Positions 1 to 13,030 of a stretch of DNA of 64,000 nt are shown piece by piece. The position numbers and the translations under genes are program-made. Origin of the DNA: Callorhinchus milii (taxonomy: Eukaryota); assembly GCF_018977255.1 (NCBI RefSeq), contig NW_024704742.1, positions 133,612,001-133,676,000 of the forward strand, in the 5' to 3' direction. The first letter of the stretch is position 1. Each line of letters begins with the position of its first letter. Below the pieces are notes generated by a model. It was not told where the DNA came from and did not search any database. It saw only the letters and a list, made by a program, of their open reading frames with translations.

Positions 1-1338
1 CATGTGTCAGACACCCGAATGACCAAAAAAAAACATTACAATTGTCATTGCCACCAACACAAGGAAGTTCTCCTGTGTTTGGAATGGAGTGCGCAGACTC
101 TCCCCAGAGGGCCACATCCTGCTGACCCAATCCTGAAGAAAATGAAGCTACAGATAGGTAATATTATTGCTATAAGTTTCCTTTAAGAACAGCAAAGACA
201 GACACCAAAGTTAAGACTAATTACAATAATTTGTCAAATTCTGGATGCTTCTCATAATAATAATCCTTGCATTTGATATAGCGCCTTCCAGCGCCGTGGG
301 ACATCCTCCTGAAAAGCGCTATACAAATGTAATCTTGTTGTTTTTATCACGTTCTTCGAGACATCTCCAGGTTATTTGTAGATTCACTGAGTATTCTGTC
401 GACGAAACATGGCAGCAATTTTTACACACAGCAATGTCCTACACAAACATGAAATGAGTGACTAGTTTTATTTGGGGGATTGTTGGCCAGGACACCGGAA
501 GAAACTCTTCTTTCTTTTTGAATAGTGCCATATATTCTGTGAAGCGCTTTGAGACATCTTGAAGATGTGAAAAGCACTATATCAAATGCAAGGATTATTA
601 TTATTGTAAGATCTTTAACTTCTGGTTGAAGTAAATAATGATGGGTGGAGTAAATAATAGTACTAATCATCCTTACATTTGGCATTGCATCTATCACATT
701 GGGAGGACATGTTTAAGTCGCAGGATATACTGTAAAGTATGTGGCTTTTTTTTGGGTGGGCGAACACGGCAGCTAATTTACAGCAGCAAAGTCTCACAAA
801 TAACCATGAAGCGAATGACAAATTTTATTGGGACACTGGGTGAAACTCGATGTCCCATGACAACTTTAACATGCACCTAAACAGACAGACAGGACCTCGA
901 TTAAATGTTTCATCCGAAGGACAGCACCTCTGACAATGCAGTGGCCCTGGGACCCTGAGAGAGCGAACGCTTTGGGGATAAAAAGTGTAACGTGTCATAG
1001 TAAACTCAGGGCTACATTGGAGTGTTGATGCCTGGTGTGAAGCTTGAATCCAGCACTTTCTGGTCCAGATTCAAGAATGTTATGGACTGAGCCAAAACTG
1101 ACTTATGCTGAATGGCCAAAAAACAAGTTTCCAATGGACTGGTTCGCGACAGGGCAGCCAAGTGACCCAGGCTGGGACATCCTCCAGATAGTTTCCAGTT
1201 GTTTGGAAAAGGTCCAATTTGGACTCAATGTCCCACAAAGAGCCCCCAATGTTGGCCAGAAATCGGAAGAAATTTCTTACTCTCTTCAGATACTGTAGTG
1301 CAATGGGATCTTTCACATCCACCTCAAAGTTCAGATGG

Positions 1339-1548
1339 ACAACAACAACAACAACAACAAGATTCCATTTATAGAGCGCCTTTCACGTCAGGAGGACGTC
1401 CCAAGGCGCTGCACAGTTGGGTCATGACCCGAGCAGGGGGGAAATGGTCAGGGTGAGGGGAGGGAAGGGAGGGAGAGAGGAGGGGGGAAATGGTCAGGGT
1501 GAGGGGAGGGAAGGGAGGGAGCGAGGAGGAGGAAGAGAGTCGAGAGGG
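1339..1548 (-). mobile_element. L2 type A 3' end fragment inserted in a Deu-SINE
   Basis: (CAA)n tail, stem-loop and G-rich tandem units matching the reverse complement of 4510-4750. Confidence 0.85.
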
Positions 1549-3870
1549 CCTCAGCTTAGTATCTCATCTAAAGGGCAGCACCTCGGACAATGCAGGACAT
1601 CCCAAGCACTGCAGTGGAGTGTTAGCATGGACTATACAGGTACCAAGTCCCAGTGTAGAGCTTGAACCCATAACCTTCAGATTCAGAGATGAGAGTGCTA
1701 CCAATGCTGAGAAAAATCTAGGTGGAATTACACCCTCATCCCCTCCCTTCACTGGCGATTTGTATGATTATATAAATGTCTTTGGTTTATTTCACTGGAT
1801 TCCTGTAACAAACAGTGAGATCTGTTGCGGGGGAAACAGCATTTGTAGAGGGAATAAACTCAACGCTGCTTTTCAAGCTGTGCATTCAGAATCAACATTG
1901 GTCAGTCCCACCTCAGCAGTGGGTCCCTGGTTCGTGCTTGCAGTGAAGTGAGTCTTGTATGTAATTACAAAGTGTTAGAAGATGTCGACATTCTTCTGTT
2001 TCTCGGCTTCAAATTTCCTCTTGTTTACCGAGTGAGTCGGCCAGCTGTTCGTTCAGCACAGAATAGGATCCACAGTGGGGCCAAGCCGGAAGGCATATGG
2101 ATTATGCATATGGTTTTCTGCAGCAGGTGTGGAGTGGATACAACTAATGAAATATTGATTGACAGGTCCCTTTTTCAGGTAGTGCTGTAATATTTTCTTT
2201 TAACGTTCACCTGAACGATAGGCAGGGTCTCGGTTTAACACCTCAGCCGGAAGATTGTATCTCCAATAATACTTATACTAATAATACATCAACTTTTGGT
2301 GCAAAAGGGTGCATTTTTACAGCACCCTTCATGCCGGACGGCATGCCAGAGCGCTTAAAATAATCCTTCTATTTGGTATAGCGCCTTGTCACATCATCAA
2401 GATATTTCAAAGCGCTGCACAGGATATACTGGAAACTGTATTTTGTGGGCGAAACATAGCAGCCAGTTTCGCACACCGCAATGTCCCACAACAACCATGG
2501 AGTGAGTGACCAATTTTATTTGGGGGATTGTTGGCCAGGACACCAGGAGAGAGAAACTCCTTTCTCATTTCGAATAGTGCCATGAGATCTTTAACATTAG
2601 CCTAAACAGGCAGACAGGATCTTGGTTTAATATCTCATCCGAAGAACGGCACCTCTGAAAATGCAGTGCACCCCCAGCACTGCATTGGAGTGTCACCTTA
2701 GTTGTGTGATTCAAAGTCCCGTTGTGGGTCTTGAATCCACAATCTTCTTACTCAGAGGAAAAGTGTTTAACGCACCCACCCCACCCATAAATTATGTAAA
2801 ATGCTATGAGACATCCTCCTGTTGGATGTGGAAGGTGCTGTATCAAATGCAAGGATTGTTTTGTTTTTCATTCATACATTAAAATGCTATCCAGTCGAAC
2901 CAATGGGGTGCAGGGGGCGGGAGATATTAATAATAATGCTTGCATTTGATATAGCGCCTTTTCATGTCTTCGAGACGTCTCAAAGCTTCACAGAATATAC
3001 TGTAAAGTGAATCGACTATATATTTTGGTTTGGTGAGGCCAAATTTCCAACTAAGTGTAGTTATGGTGTCGGTGGACACCCAAATCCCTTTTTGGATCCA
3101 TAGTGGAAGACCTCACAATTCCCCACATTGAATTCCATCTGCCACAGTTTTGCCCACTCACTTAATCTGTGTAATTCCCTCTGTAGCTCTGTAAGCATCA
3201 ACATAAAGAAGAAGCTTGCTGTATGTATGTGGAAAAACGGATTAGAGGGTTACAGGAGAGGGGATTTGGATGATCAAGTAGTGTATAAACACACGAATGG
3301 ATTAGTTGGGCCAAATGACCTGTTACTGTGCAGTAACAACAAAATTATATTTGAATAGCGCTCCTCAGGTAGGGAGGATGTCCCAAGAAAGTTCCATACC
3401 ATTTAAAAAGCAGCTCAATACTGTGATAGGAAAATGGGAAAGTGGGTGTTCTGGAAGGATGACATCAGATGGGCTGAAGGCTCTTCTTCATCTGAACTTG
3501 GTATGATATAGCACCTTATCACATCGTCCAGACGTCTCAAAGTGCTGTGAAGCGTAAGTGTAGTGACTGTTTATTTTTTAGCAGATGCAGTAACCAACCT
3601 GCGCATAGCAGTGTCCAACATACACATGGTAATTCTTCTTTAAAATATCGGTGCCGAGGTAGCATTAACTCGTCACAAAGATCTTCTGATCAGTGTTCTC
3701 GGGCTGCTTCTAACCCAAAGGCAGGACACATTGAACCATGATCGATGTCTAGAGAATTGCAGCCGTCCCTTCAGAATGGTATAGTGATGCCTGCTTCAGT
3801 ACAGAGACAGCGCTTGTGAAAGTCACAAACGACATCCTCTCTATCTCTGACCAGGGCTCCCTCTGCCTCC

Positions 3871-4750
3871 AAGGCTGCACTCTCCACCTCTCAAAGCCAG
3901 TCAGGAACCTTGGGTTCTGCTCGACCCTGAGCTGTCCTTTCTTCCTCATATCCGCGCCACAACTGGGACCGTCTTCCATCACCTCCGGAATGTCGCCAGA
4001 CTACGGCATTACCTCACCCCTCACGCTGCTGAAACTCTGGTCCACACCTTTATCACCTCAAGGCTGGACTATGGGAACTCTCTCCTCGTCGGCCTTCCCG
4101 GCACCTCCCTCCACAAGCTGCAGGTCATTCAGAACTCTGCAGCTCGTGTACTGTCCCGCACCAGGCTTCGGGACCACATCACTCCCACCCTCGCTCGCCT
4201 CCACTGGCTCCCCATCCCCCAGAGGATCGAATTCAAGATCCTCATCCTCACCTACAAGGCCATTCACGGCCTTGCTCCCTCCTAGCTCTCCGACCTACTA
4301 TCCCCCTACCTACCTGCCCGTAGGCTCCGTTCCTCTGGCTCCGGTCTGCTCCATGTCCCCCGCCCCAACCGCCCTACCATCGGTGGCCGGGCCTTCAACC
4401 TCTCAGCCCCGAGGCTCTGGAACTCTATCCCCCAGTGCCTTCGCCTTGCCTCCTCCCTTTCCTCCTTCAAGGCCGGTCTCAAGACCTTTCTCTTTGACTG
4501 TGCCTTCAGCTCCCCTCTCGACTCTCTACCCCCTCCTCGCTCCTTCCCTCCCCTCACCCTGACCATTTCCCCCCTCCTCGCTCCCTCCCTCCCCTCACCC
4601 CGACCATCTCCCCCCTCCTCGCTCCCTCCCTTGCCTCCCCTCACCCTGACCATTTCCTCCCAAGGCTCGGGTCCTGACCCAACTGTACAGCGCCTTGGGA
4701 CGTCCTCCCGACGTGAAAGGCGCTCAATAAATGGAATCTTGTTGTTGTTG
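3871..4750 (+). mobile_element. L2-clade LINE (type A), 3' 880 bp, nested in L2 type B
   Basis: ORF2 C-terminal motifs, C-rich 3' UTR with ~45-nt tandem units, 3' stem-loop gggacgtcctcccgacgtgaaa, (TTG)n tail. Confidence 0.9.
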
Positions 4751-5791
4751 TTGTCCTCATGGACCTTTCCGCCGCGTTCGATACAGTCGATCACGCCATC
4801 CTCCTCCACCGCCTTTCCTCCGTCATCCACCTCAGTGGGACCGCACTCGCCTGGTTCGAGTCCTACCTCACAAACCGCCAGCAGTACATCTGCACAAATG
4901 GCTTCTCCTCCCGCTCTCACCCGATCACCTGCGGGGTACCCCAAGGATCCATCCTTGGCCCCCTCCTCTTTCTGATCTACATGCTTCCTCTTGGGGATGT
5001 CATCTGTAGACATGGGGTACATTTCCACATGTATGCAAATGACACCCAACTCCTATTTTTCCACCTCTCTTTTTGACCCCCAGTCCTCTGATGTTCTGTC
5101 AGTATGCCTGTCAGATCTCAGGGGCTGGATGAGCGCAAACTTCCTTCAGCTGAACATTGACAAGACGGAAGCCATACTCTTTGGCTTTCATCAACATTAT
5201 AAAATCTCACGGCTCTCACATCCTCCATCTACCCGACCTCCCCCTAAAACTCTCCAAACCCGTAGGCAACCTAGGCATCAGGTTCGACGCCCAATTATCC
5301 TTCCTCCCCCACATCTGGTCCCTCACCAGCACCGACTTCTACCACCTCCGACGCATCGCCCGGCTCCGCCAATACCTCTCCCCAAAAAACGCTGAAACCC
5401 TGGTCCATGCCTTTGTCACCTCTCGGCTGGACTACTCCAATGTCTTCCTCGCCGATCTCCCATCCACCACCATCCATAAACTCCAAATCATTCAAAACTC
5501 TGCCCCGCATTCTTATCCGCACCAAACTTCGCTCCCCGATCACACCAGTCCTTGCCAGACTGCTCTGGCTGCCTATCCCAGAGAGGATCGATTTCAAGAT
5601 CCTCACCCTTGTATTCAAGGCCCTGCACTCCTCTGCACCCCCCTACCTCTCTGATCTCTCTCCTCAAAATAGTACCCGTTGCCTTCATTCCTCCAGGTCT
5701 GCCCTCCTCCTCGTCTCCCGAGTCCTCCGCTCCACCTTCGGCGGCCGTGCCTTCAGCTACTATGCCTCGAGGCTCTGGAACTGCTTTTCTC

Positions 5792-6110
5792 TGTAGCTCA
5801 GTGGTTAGAGCACTCGCTTTGCAAGCGAGAGACCTGAGTTCAATTCCAGGCAGAGGGCGAAACCTTGGGCAAGTTTCCTTACTCCACACAGAGCCTAATA
5901 ATAATCCCTCCAAAACCAAAAACAATAATAAATTGGTCATTTTCAATCTACGACTGTTTGTGGGACATTGCTGTGCGCAATTGGCTGCCGCATTTCGCCC
6001 ACAAATATACAGTCAATTCACTTTACAGTGTGTTCTGTGAAGCGCTTTGGGACGTCCTCCCGACGTGAAAAGCGCTATATCAAATGCAAGGATTATTATT
6101 ATTATTATTA
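5792..6110 (+). mobile_element. SINE family A (tRNA-Ala-like head, partial Deu domain, L2-type tail, (ATT)n), youngest subfamily
   Basis: A box tagctcagtgg, B box agttcaattcc, TSD TTTCTC (5786-5791 / 6111-6116). Confidence 0.92.
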
Positions 6111-9100
6111 TTTCTCATTCCCTTCGTCTTGCTCCCTCCCTTCCCATTTTCAGGTCTCTGCTGAAGACATTTATTTGGTCACCTTCCTCCTGGCTCGGCC
6201 CCGAGATCCGTTACTGTAAAGCGCTCTGAGACGCCGTCTGTTGTTGTTGTTGTTGTTGTTGCTGCTGTGAGCTCTGCTCTGAGCTCCCATCACAACAAAG
6301 AGGTGTGTGGTTGTTGCCCTTCCAGGCTCATGATTCCCAGTGACACTTCACATGGGCCTACTGGTAGATAATAATAATGATAATCTTTGCATTTGATATT
6401 GCGCCTGATCACGTCTTTGAAACGTCTCAAAGCGCTTCACAGAATATACTGTAAAATGAATTGACTGTACATTTTGTGGTCAAAATAATTGGGTTTTGTA
6501 ACAGGTGGATAAGTGGACATGCAGATAATTGGTGTGTGGATATGCAGATAATGCTATAATTCACATCCACATGTGTACATCCTCGTCTTTGGAGATAGTC
6601 TCCACACACTCTGAGACACCACCCCACGTGAAGGGCGCTGTATAAATGCCAGTTGTTGTCCGTATTGATAGCACGGGATACAAATGGATTAGCAAGTGGT
6701 TTTGTGGGCGGCAGAACTCACCATCCAGGGTCCCTCGAGCCTTTTATCTCTTGTCAACCTTTGCTTTAATACTCTTTGGAAATAGATAAGCAGTGTGGGT
6801 GCCCCCCAGGGGAGGGAGAGTGCACATTCCCTCCCAGGCACAGGGAAATTTTCCATGTGTAGGTGATATACGTTTAGTTTGGATAGTCTTAAGTGATGGC
6901 GATGGGTTTCCTTGCATGTCAGACACCGGCTGGCCAGGAAAAAAAAATTGTATACGATTGATGAACTTGTACATCGCCCAAGCTGACAGGCTCATCGGCT
7001 GTCATGTGTGTGACCTGGACACTGTGTGTTCAGACAGGGAAAACTGACCCGCACCTGAAACAGATTGACATGTTGCCAATGAGCCAGGCTGGGCTGTCAT
7101 GAGAACTGCCCTGAGAATAACTGAACGACTGAGATTTATTTGCTCAAAACCATCCGTCTGAAACTTTACGCCTGCTGGCCCTTTCCAGCAGATTTTTTCC
7201 ATTCACTGCATGGTTTACAAGAGCAGGTGGTTGCCAGGGAGACCGATCTCTTATCACCGGAAAGCAATTATTCTCTGGAGGTGGGGGTCCTCATCATCAC
7301 AGTGCCAATTCCACCTTCTGCGTATGTTGTTTGATAACAGAACACTGCGGTTCCCCCTGGAGGGGTGGGAGGGAGGGAATGGGGAGAGGAGGAGTGTGTG
7401 ACGGTGAACGGTAAAACTTTAGCATAAGTCCTGCGCTAAGCAAGGCTCCTCAGCAAGGACAACTCTGGTGTTTTTTTTTGGTCAGCTGGGTATCTCATAC
7501 ATGGGGAAACCCATATCTCCCTTAAGAGTTCCGTAGAATAGTGGTTAGCACACTCACCTTGCAAGCGAGAGGACCTGGGTTCAATTCCCGTGCAAGGCGA
7601 AACTTTAAGCAAGTTTTCTTATTCCACACATCTCTGTTTACCTAGCAGGAAGTAACAATCCGGTTGTAACTTGATTTCTGGGGCTAGTGATCCCTCTAAA
7701 AACACAAAAAAATCTGCGGCTTTTTGTGGGATTGGCTGCTGCGTTTTGCCCACAAAATATACAGTCAATGCACTTTACAATCTATATTGAAGCCCTTGAG
7801 TCCTGGAATCGGGAACCCTGTAGCTCAGTACCTCACAAGTGAGAGCCCTGGGTTCGATTCCAGGTAGGGTGAAATGTTGGGCAAGCTTTCTTACTCCATA
7901 CGACTCTGTTTAGCTAGCAGTAAGTAAACACCTGGCTGTTAATCGATTGGTAGATCACTTTTCCAGGGATAATAATTCCTTAAAAAATAATAATAAATTG
8001 TTCACTTAATCCACTACTGTTTGTGGGACACTGCTATGCACAATTGGCTGCCACGTTTCGCCCACAAAATATACAGTCGATTCACTTTACAGTATATTCT
8101 GCAAAGCACTTTGAGACATCTCAAAGATGTGATAAGGCGCTATATCAAATGCAAGGATTATTATTATTATTATATTCTGCTTTGAGACGTCTCAACAGGG
8201 CAATAAGGAGTTATATCAAATCCAACGATTATTATTGCTGTTAACGAGTATCTGAGCCAGACTGAAAGTTCCACATGTGTACGCCACCTACAAATGGAAA
8301 TTCCTGTCTGGAGTAGAATGCACAATCACTCTCTGGAGGATCCTAAAGTATTAGTTAGAGGCTTATGGGGGATCACTGAGATTGGGGTACTGTTGGTTCA
8401 ACCAGCTAAAATCACTTTGATACACTGTCCGGCAAGCTACCCGCTGCTTCTCCAGCAAAGACCACCCTATCCATTAGGGCTTTGCTTGCAGGGTTAACAG
8501 AAGCTATGTGGGAAGAATTTCAGCCCCCAGTGACAAAATAGTCAAGTAAAATTACGAGAGGAGGGTGAAGCAATTGGAGTAAAAATAAATTTGTGCGGAC
8601 ACTTGGTGGGATGAACGGAAGCAAAAATAACCCAAACTGAAACACATTCACATCAAGTTCCATTGAAATACTTCTATCCCCAGGTTTAGTAAAAAAAAAG
8701 CAAATGTAACTCATGGATATGAGTTTCCATGGAGACAAGATAGTTTGTCCTGCTGCCGGAAACCTAGCAAGAAAAGAGATAATTAGTGCGAAACGAGATG
8801 AAGTCAATGACTAAATTGTTGTTAGTTGAAACTGGTGGGAATAAAATGATTTCTTCTGTAAATATCAATTGGAGTCTAACCCCTGTGATGATTTCACAGC
8901 TATGTTGCCAAATTAGATACATTCAAGATTGATTTCCATTCACTAACTTGGCATCTACCTCTGAATTCCTCATTCTTCGCGTTCATCCAAACATACTTAA
9001 TGGGGTGAGGAAATTTCTTGCAGAGATGTTTACAAGTTCTTAGTCATCCATTCGTTGCACAGCTGTTTTTGGGGTCTACGCTGTGTGCAAATTGGCTGTC

Positions 9101-9309
9101 GTGTTCGCCTGCACAATACACGGTCACCGCACTTTACAGTATAATCCTTTGACACGCTGCCGACGTGGAATGCGCTGCATCAAGTGCAAAGATTGTTATT
9201 TTCGTTCCTCTCAGGTGTCAGTGGAGCCTGATTCGTGCTTGGCAAGGTCCCACAAACAGCATCAACAACAACAGCTTGCATTTATATAGCGGCCTTGAAG
9301 GTGTTTTTC

Positions 9310-9507
9310 TTTCTCCCCCAAAAGGCTGTGGATGTTGGATCCATTCACATCTTCAAGACTAAGGTTGATAGATATTTGTTAGGTCAGGGTATCAAGGGAT
9401 ATGGGGCAAGGGCGGGTAATTGGAGTTGAGGTGCAGGTCAGCCATGATCTTATAGAATGCCGGAACAGGCTCGAGGGGCTGAATACTCCTGTTTCTATGT
9501 ATCTATG
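9310..9507 (+). mobile_element. CR1 3' end fragment (others at about 11432-11585 -, 16130-16395 +, 17670-17860 +, 37060-37520 +, 38045-38515 -, 42666-42895 -, 45860-46015 +)
   Basis: FKTKVDRYL..GIKGYG ORF2 end, 3' hairpin and tctatg tail. Confidence 0.75.
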
Positions 9508-10266
9508 CACTATTCAATTTCTGTTCAGGTTTGACCCCATGACCACCTGACCTGGAGGCAAGAGGTTTATTAGCTGAGCTGAGCAGAGAAGGCTGACTGT
9601 ACACTGTGCTCCTATTGCCTGTGGGCAAGTCATTAACTGCAGATTACCATCTAGGTGCGGTGTGCTGAGCTCTGAAGTTTTGTCAGAGTTAGTCAGATTC
9701 CTATCTCCTTGGATGTTTCTCCCTGTGGCTTGTTCAGTTCAGATGTTGAGTAATGTGCAGTGGCTTGTTCTGATAAAAGCAGTGACCAGGGAGGGGGAGG
9801 GACAGTCTCAGTGGTGCGGTGGATAAAGCTGCAGATTACAGATCAGGGGCTTCAATGGTTCAAATCCTGGTGTGCGCTGAGTTTGCTGGCCAAGCAGGAC
9901 TCATGTAGAATTCAAATTTGCACTGGGTTATGGGGCCGGGCAAAATCAGTACTTTGGGCCGGCCTCCGGGCATGAAAGATGCTATACCAAATAGAAGGAT
10001 TATTTATTTAACATATAACGTTTCCATTCCTTTGCAATCGTAACCAGTTTAGAGAGTCATATATTGGAGCTGTGCAAGCGCTCTGAGTGTGTCCAGCGTG
10101 AGTGGTGCTGTATAAATATAAGTTGTTGTTGTGCATTTTGGTGTCTGGGGCGATACTAATTATCATGTGGAATCAGTTAAGAAACAGTGGAACACCTGAT
10201 GTCAATTATTTGCTAGTTTGTGCTGCGAACCCACCGCCTCCACCAGTTTCCCTCTTCGTGCGATTT

Positions 10267-10572
10267 GTGTAGTCCTGTAGCTCAATGGTCAGAGCGCTCG
10301 CCTCGCAAGCGGGAGACCTGGGTTCGATTGCCGGCTTGGGCAAGATTCCTTACTCCACACGCCTGATAATAATCCCTCAAGAAAAAAACAATAATGAATT
10401 GGTCACTTCAATCCACGACTGTTTGTGGGGACGCTGCTGTGCGCAATTGGCTACCGCGTTTCGTCCACAAATATACAGCCAATTCACTTTACAGTATATT
10501 CTGGGAAGCGCTTTGAGACGTCTAGAAGACGTGAAAAGTGCTAAATCAAATGCAAGGATTATTATTATTATT
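10267..10572 (+). mobile_element. SINE family A copy
   Basis: Full head-to-tail match to the family consensus. Confidence 0.9.
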
Positions 10573-10699
10573 CGGGTAAAATGGCTTGGTCCAAAGTATC
10601 TCTTTGAACTCTAAGCCCAGCAATCGTGGGATAAAAGTCCTTGTTTTGCCTCCCCAAGAGGCAGCCATAGATTCCATCTCACACAGGGTATGAGTTAAC

Positions 10700-11062
10700 A
10701 ATAATAATCTTTGCATTAGATATAGCACCATATCACGTCGTTGAGATGACTCAAAGAATATACTGTAAAGTGAATTTACTGTATATTTTTGGGGCAAAAC
10801 GTGGCAACCAATTGTGCACAGCAGTGTCCCCACAAACAATCATGGATTGAGTGACCAAATTATTATTATTTGCTTATTTTGAAGGGATTATTACCTCCAG
10901 AAAGCTATCCTCCAATCGACTAACAACCTGGTTCCTACTTACCTACTTACAGAGGATGTGGAATAAGGAAACTTGCCTAAGGTTTCACCCTGACCAGGAA
11001 TTGATCCTGAGCTCTCTTGCTTGTGAGGCGAGTGCTCTAATCAATATGCTATAGGACTCCAC
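10700..11062 (-). mobile_element. SINE family A copy (older, longer variant)
   Basis: Reverse-complement match, head ending ggactccac. Confidence 0.85.
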
Positions 11063-12699
11063 AGTGAAGTCCGTAACTTGTTTTCAGCTGCACAATCGGG
11101 GACCTGCAGATATCTTCGGGCTCAATGATATTGCTTAAGCTGGAACGCTTTTCTCTCGTCACTTTCGACCGACAAAACAAACAATAACCTGCCAACAGAC
11201 GGTAACATTTCAGCATATTAATCAGCAAACCACCCTGCAAAGGCAATGTTCATTACATCCATTAAAGAAAAATAAATACCTGTTCGCCAATGAGATTTAA
11301 GGTTATAGCGATAAGAAGAGGTGGAAATGATAAGCTACCTCACGGAACATTAGCTATAACTAATGTAGCAATTTTCATTACAAATTTGCTGATGGAGTAG
11401 GTGGTTGTTCGAACGAGAAACATGCTTTTCATATCATAGAATCATAGAATGTTACGGCACAGAAGGAGGCCATTCGGCCCATCGAGTCTGTGCCGGCTCT
11501 TTGACAGAGCAACTGACTTTTATTAACCCCACTCACCAGCTTTCTCCCCATAACCCTGCAAACCTGTCTTCTCCAGATACCTATCCAAGGTATCTGGAGG
11601 GTTTTGAAGCAAGAGAGGAAACAAGACAAACAAATCACAGTATTGATTTGAATAAAGGGGGATCTTAGACCTACCTGTAGCTCAGTGGTTAGAACACTCA
11701 CTCAGCGAGAGACCTGGGTTTGATTCCCGGCAGGTCAAAACCTTGGGCAAGTTTCCTTACTCCACACGCCTAATAATAATCCCTCAAGAAAAAAAAACAA
11801 CAATAAATTGGTCACTTCAATCCACGACTGTTTGTGGGACACTGCTGTGCACAGTTGACTACCGTGGTTCATTCACAAATATACAGTCAGTTCACATTAC
11901 AGTATATTCTGTGAAGCGCTTTGAGATTTCTAGAAGACGTGAAAAGCGCTATATCAAATGCAAGGATTATTATTATTAACTCACCCTTCAAAATATCCAT
12001 TTTATCCTCTTCCAGCATCTTGGACGTCCGCTCAACGTGAAAGGAGCTATACAAATGTAATTTTGTTGTTCTCATTACAGCATCAAACTGCTTTGTAAAT
12101 GAGTCAGGCGTCCTGGCCTCAACCACCCTTCCCGCCAATCTCTTTCAGTCATTAATTATACTCTGGTTAAAGAAAATCTTCCTGGTATCTGTCCTGAAAT
12201 TGCACTATGCAATTCTAAAATGTTGTCCTCTTGTTCTACTAGTATTGTTCTGTTACTTTTCTAATCCCATCTAAAATGTGCTATACCTCGACAGAGTCTA
12301 AAACCCCCTGACTGTCCAGCACCCTGGGATGTCTTGCCACCGTGAAGGCCACTACACAAATGTAATTTGTTATAGTTGTGCCCTCTTGAGACATCTCCTT
12401 TCAAGACTGAAGAGTCATTGCCTGTCTATTTGTTGCTCATGGCCTGGGCCAATAGAAAAGTGCGGAAATACTTGCCCAAAATTCTGGGCAGATTTGCAGG
12501 AAATTGCAAGGGTTTTTGACACATTTTTCAGAAAATGACAGGGTTTTGATTCGTGTCATTGATGTACATTTTACCAACAACCTACTTTTTTCACTTTATT
12601 GATAAAAACTCAACATGAGGAAATAACGCATGTTAGATTGCAGGGGCAAGGGGGAACATCAGCAAGGCTACTGGACCTCTTAGGGCCGAGCACCGCACA

Positions 12700-13030
12700 C
12701 AAACCCAGAGAGAGAGAGAGAGACACACACACACACTCAGAGAAACAGACACAGAGAGAAACACACACACTGAGAGACACAGAGAGACGCACACACACTC
12801 AGAGACACAGGGAGAGAAACACACACACAGAAGCACAGAGAGAGACAAACACTCACAGACACAGAAAGACACACATTCTCAAAGAGAGATTCACACTCAC
12901 ACAGAGACACTCACAAACACATAGAGAGAGACACATGCAGGCACACAGAGGAGATGAAGGCAAAGACATACTCACACATGCTCACAAACAGATTGAGACA
13001 CACACAAATGCATATTGAGAGACGTACATA
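12700..13030. repeat. Compound (GA)n/(CA)n degenerate microsatellite inside the DNA transposon
   Basis: Directly visible. Confidence 0.9.

Larger units (their letters stand above)
3797..6260 (+). mobile_element. L2-clade LINE (type B), 5'-truncated and degenerate RT, interrupted by another L2 (3871-4750) and a SINE (5792-6110)
   Basis: [46 protein letters not shown] (YADD mutated), LVHAFVTSRLDYSN; (TTG)n tail near 6240-6260. Confidence 0.92.

Noticed and set aside
4759..5796. Reverse transcriptase ORFs as a domesticated gene or retron-like system
   Set aside because: Frameshifted, 5'-truncated, YADD mutated to YAND and interrupted by insertions; an ordinary dead L2.
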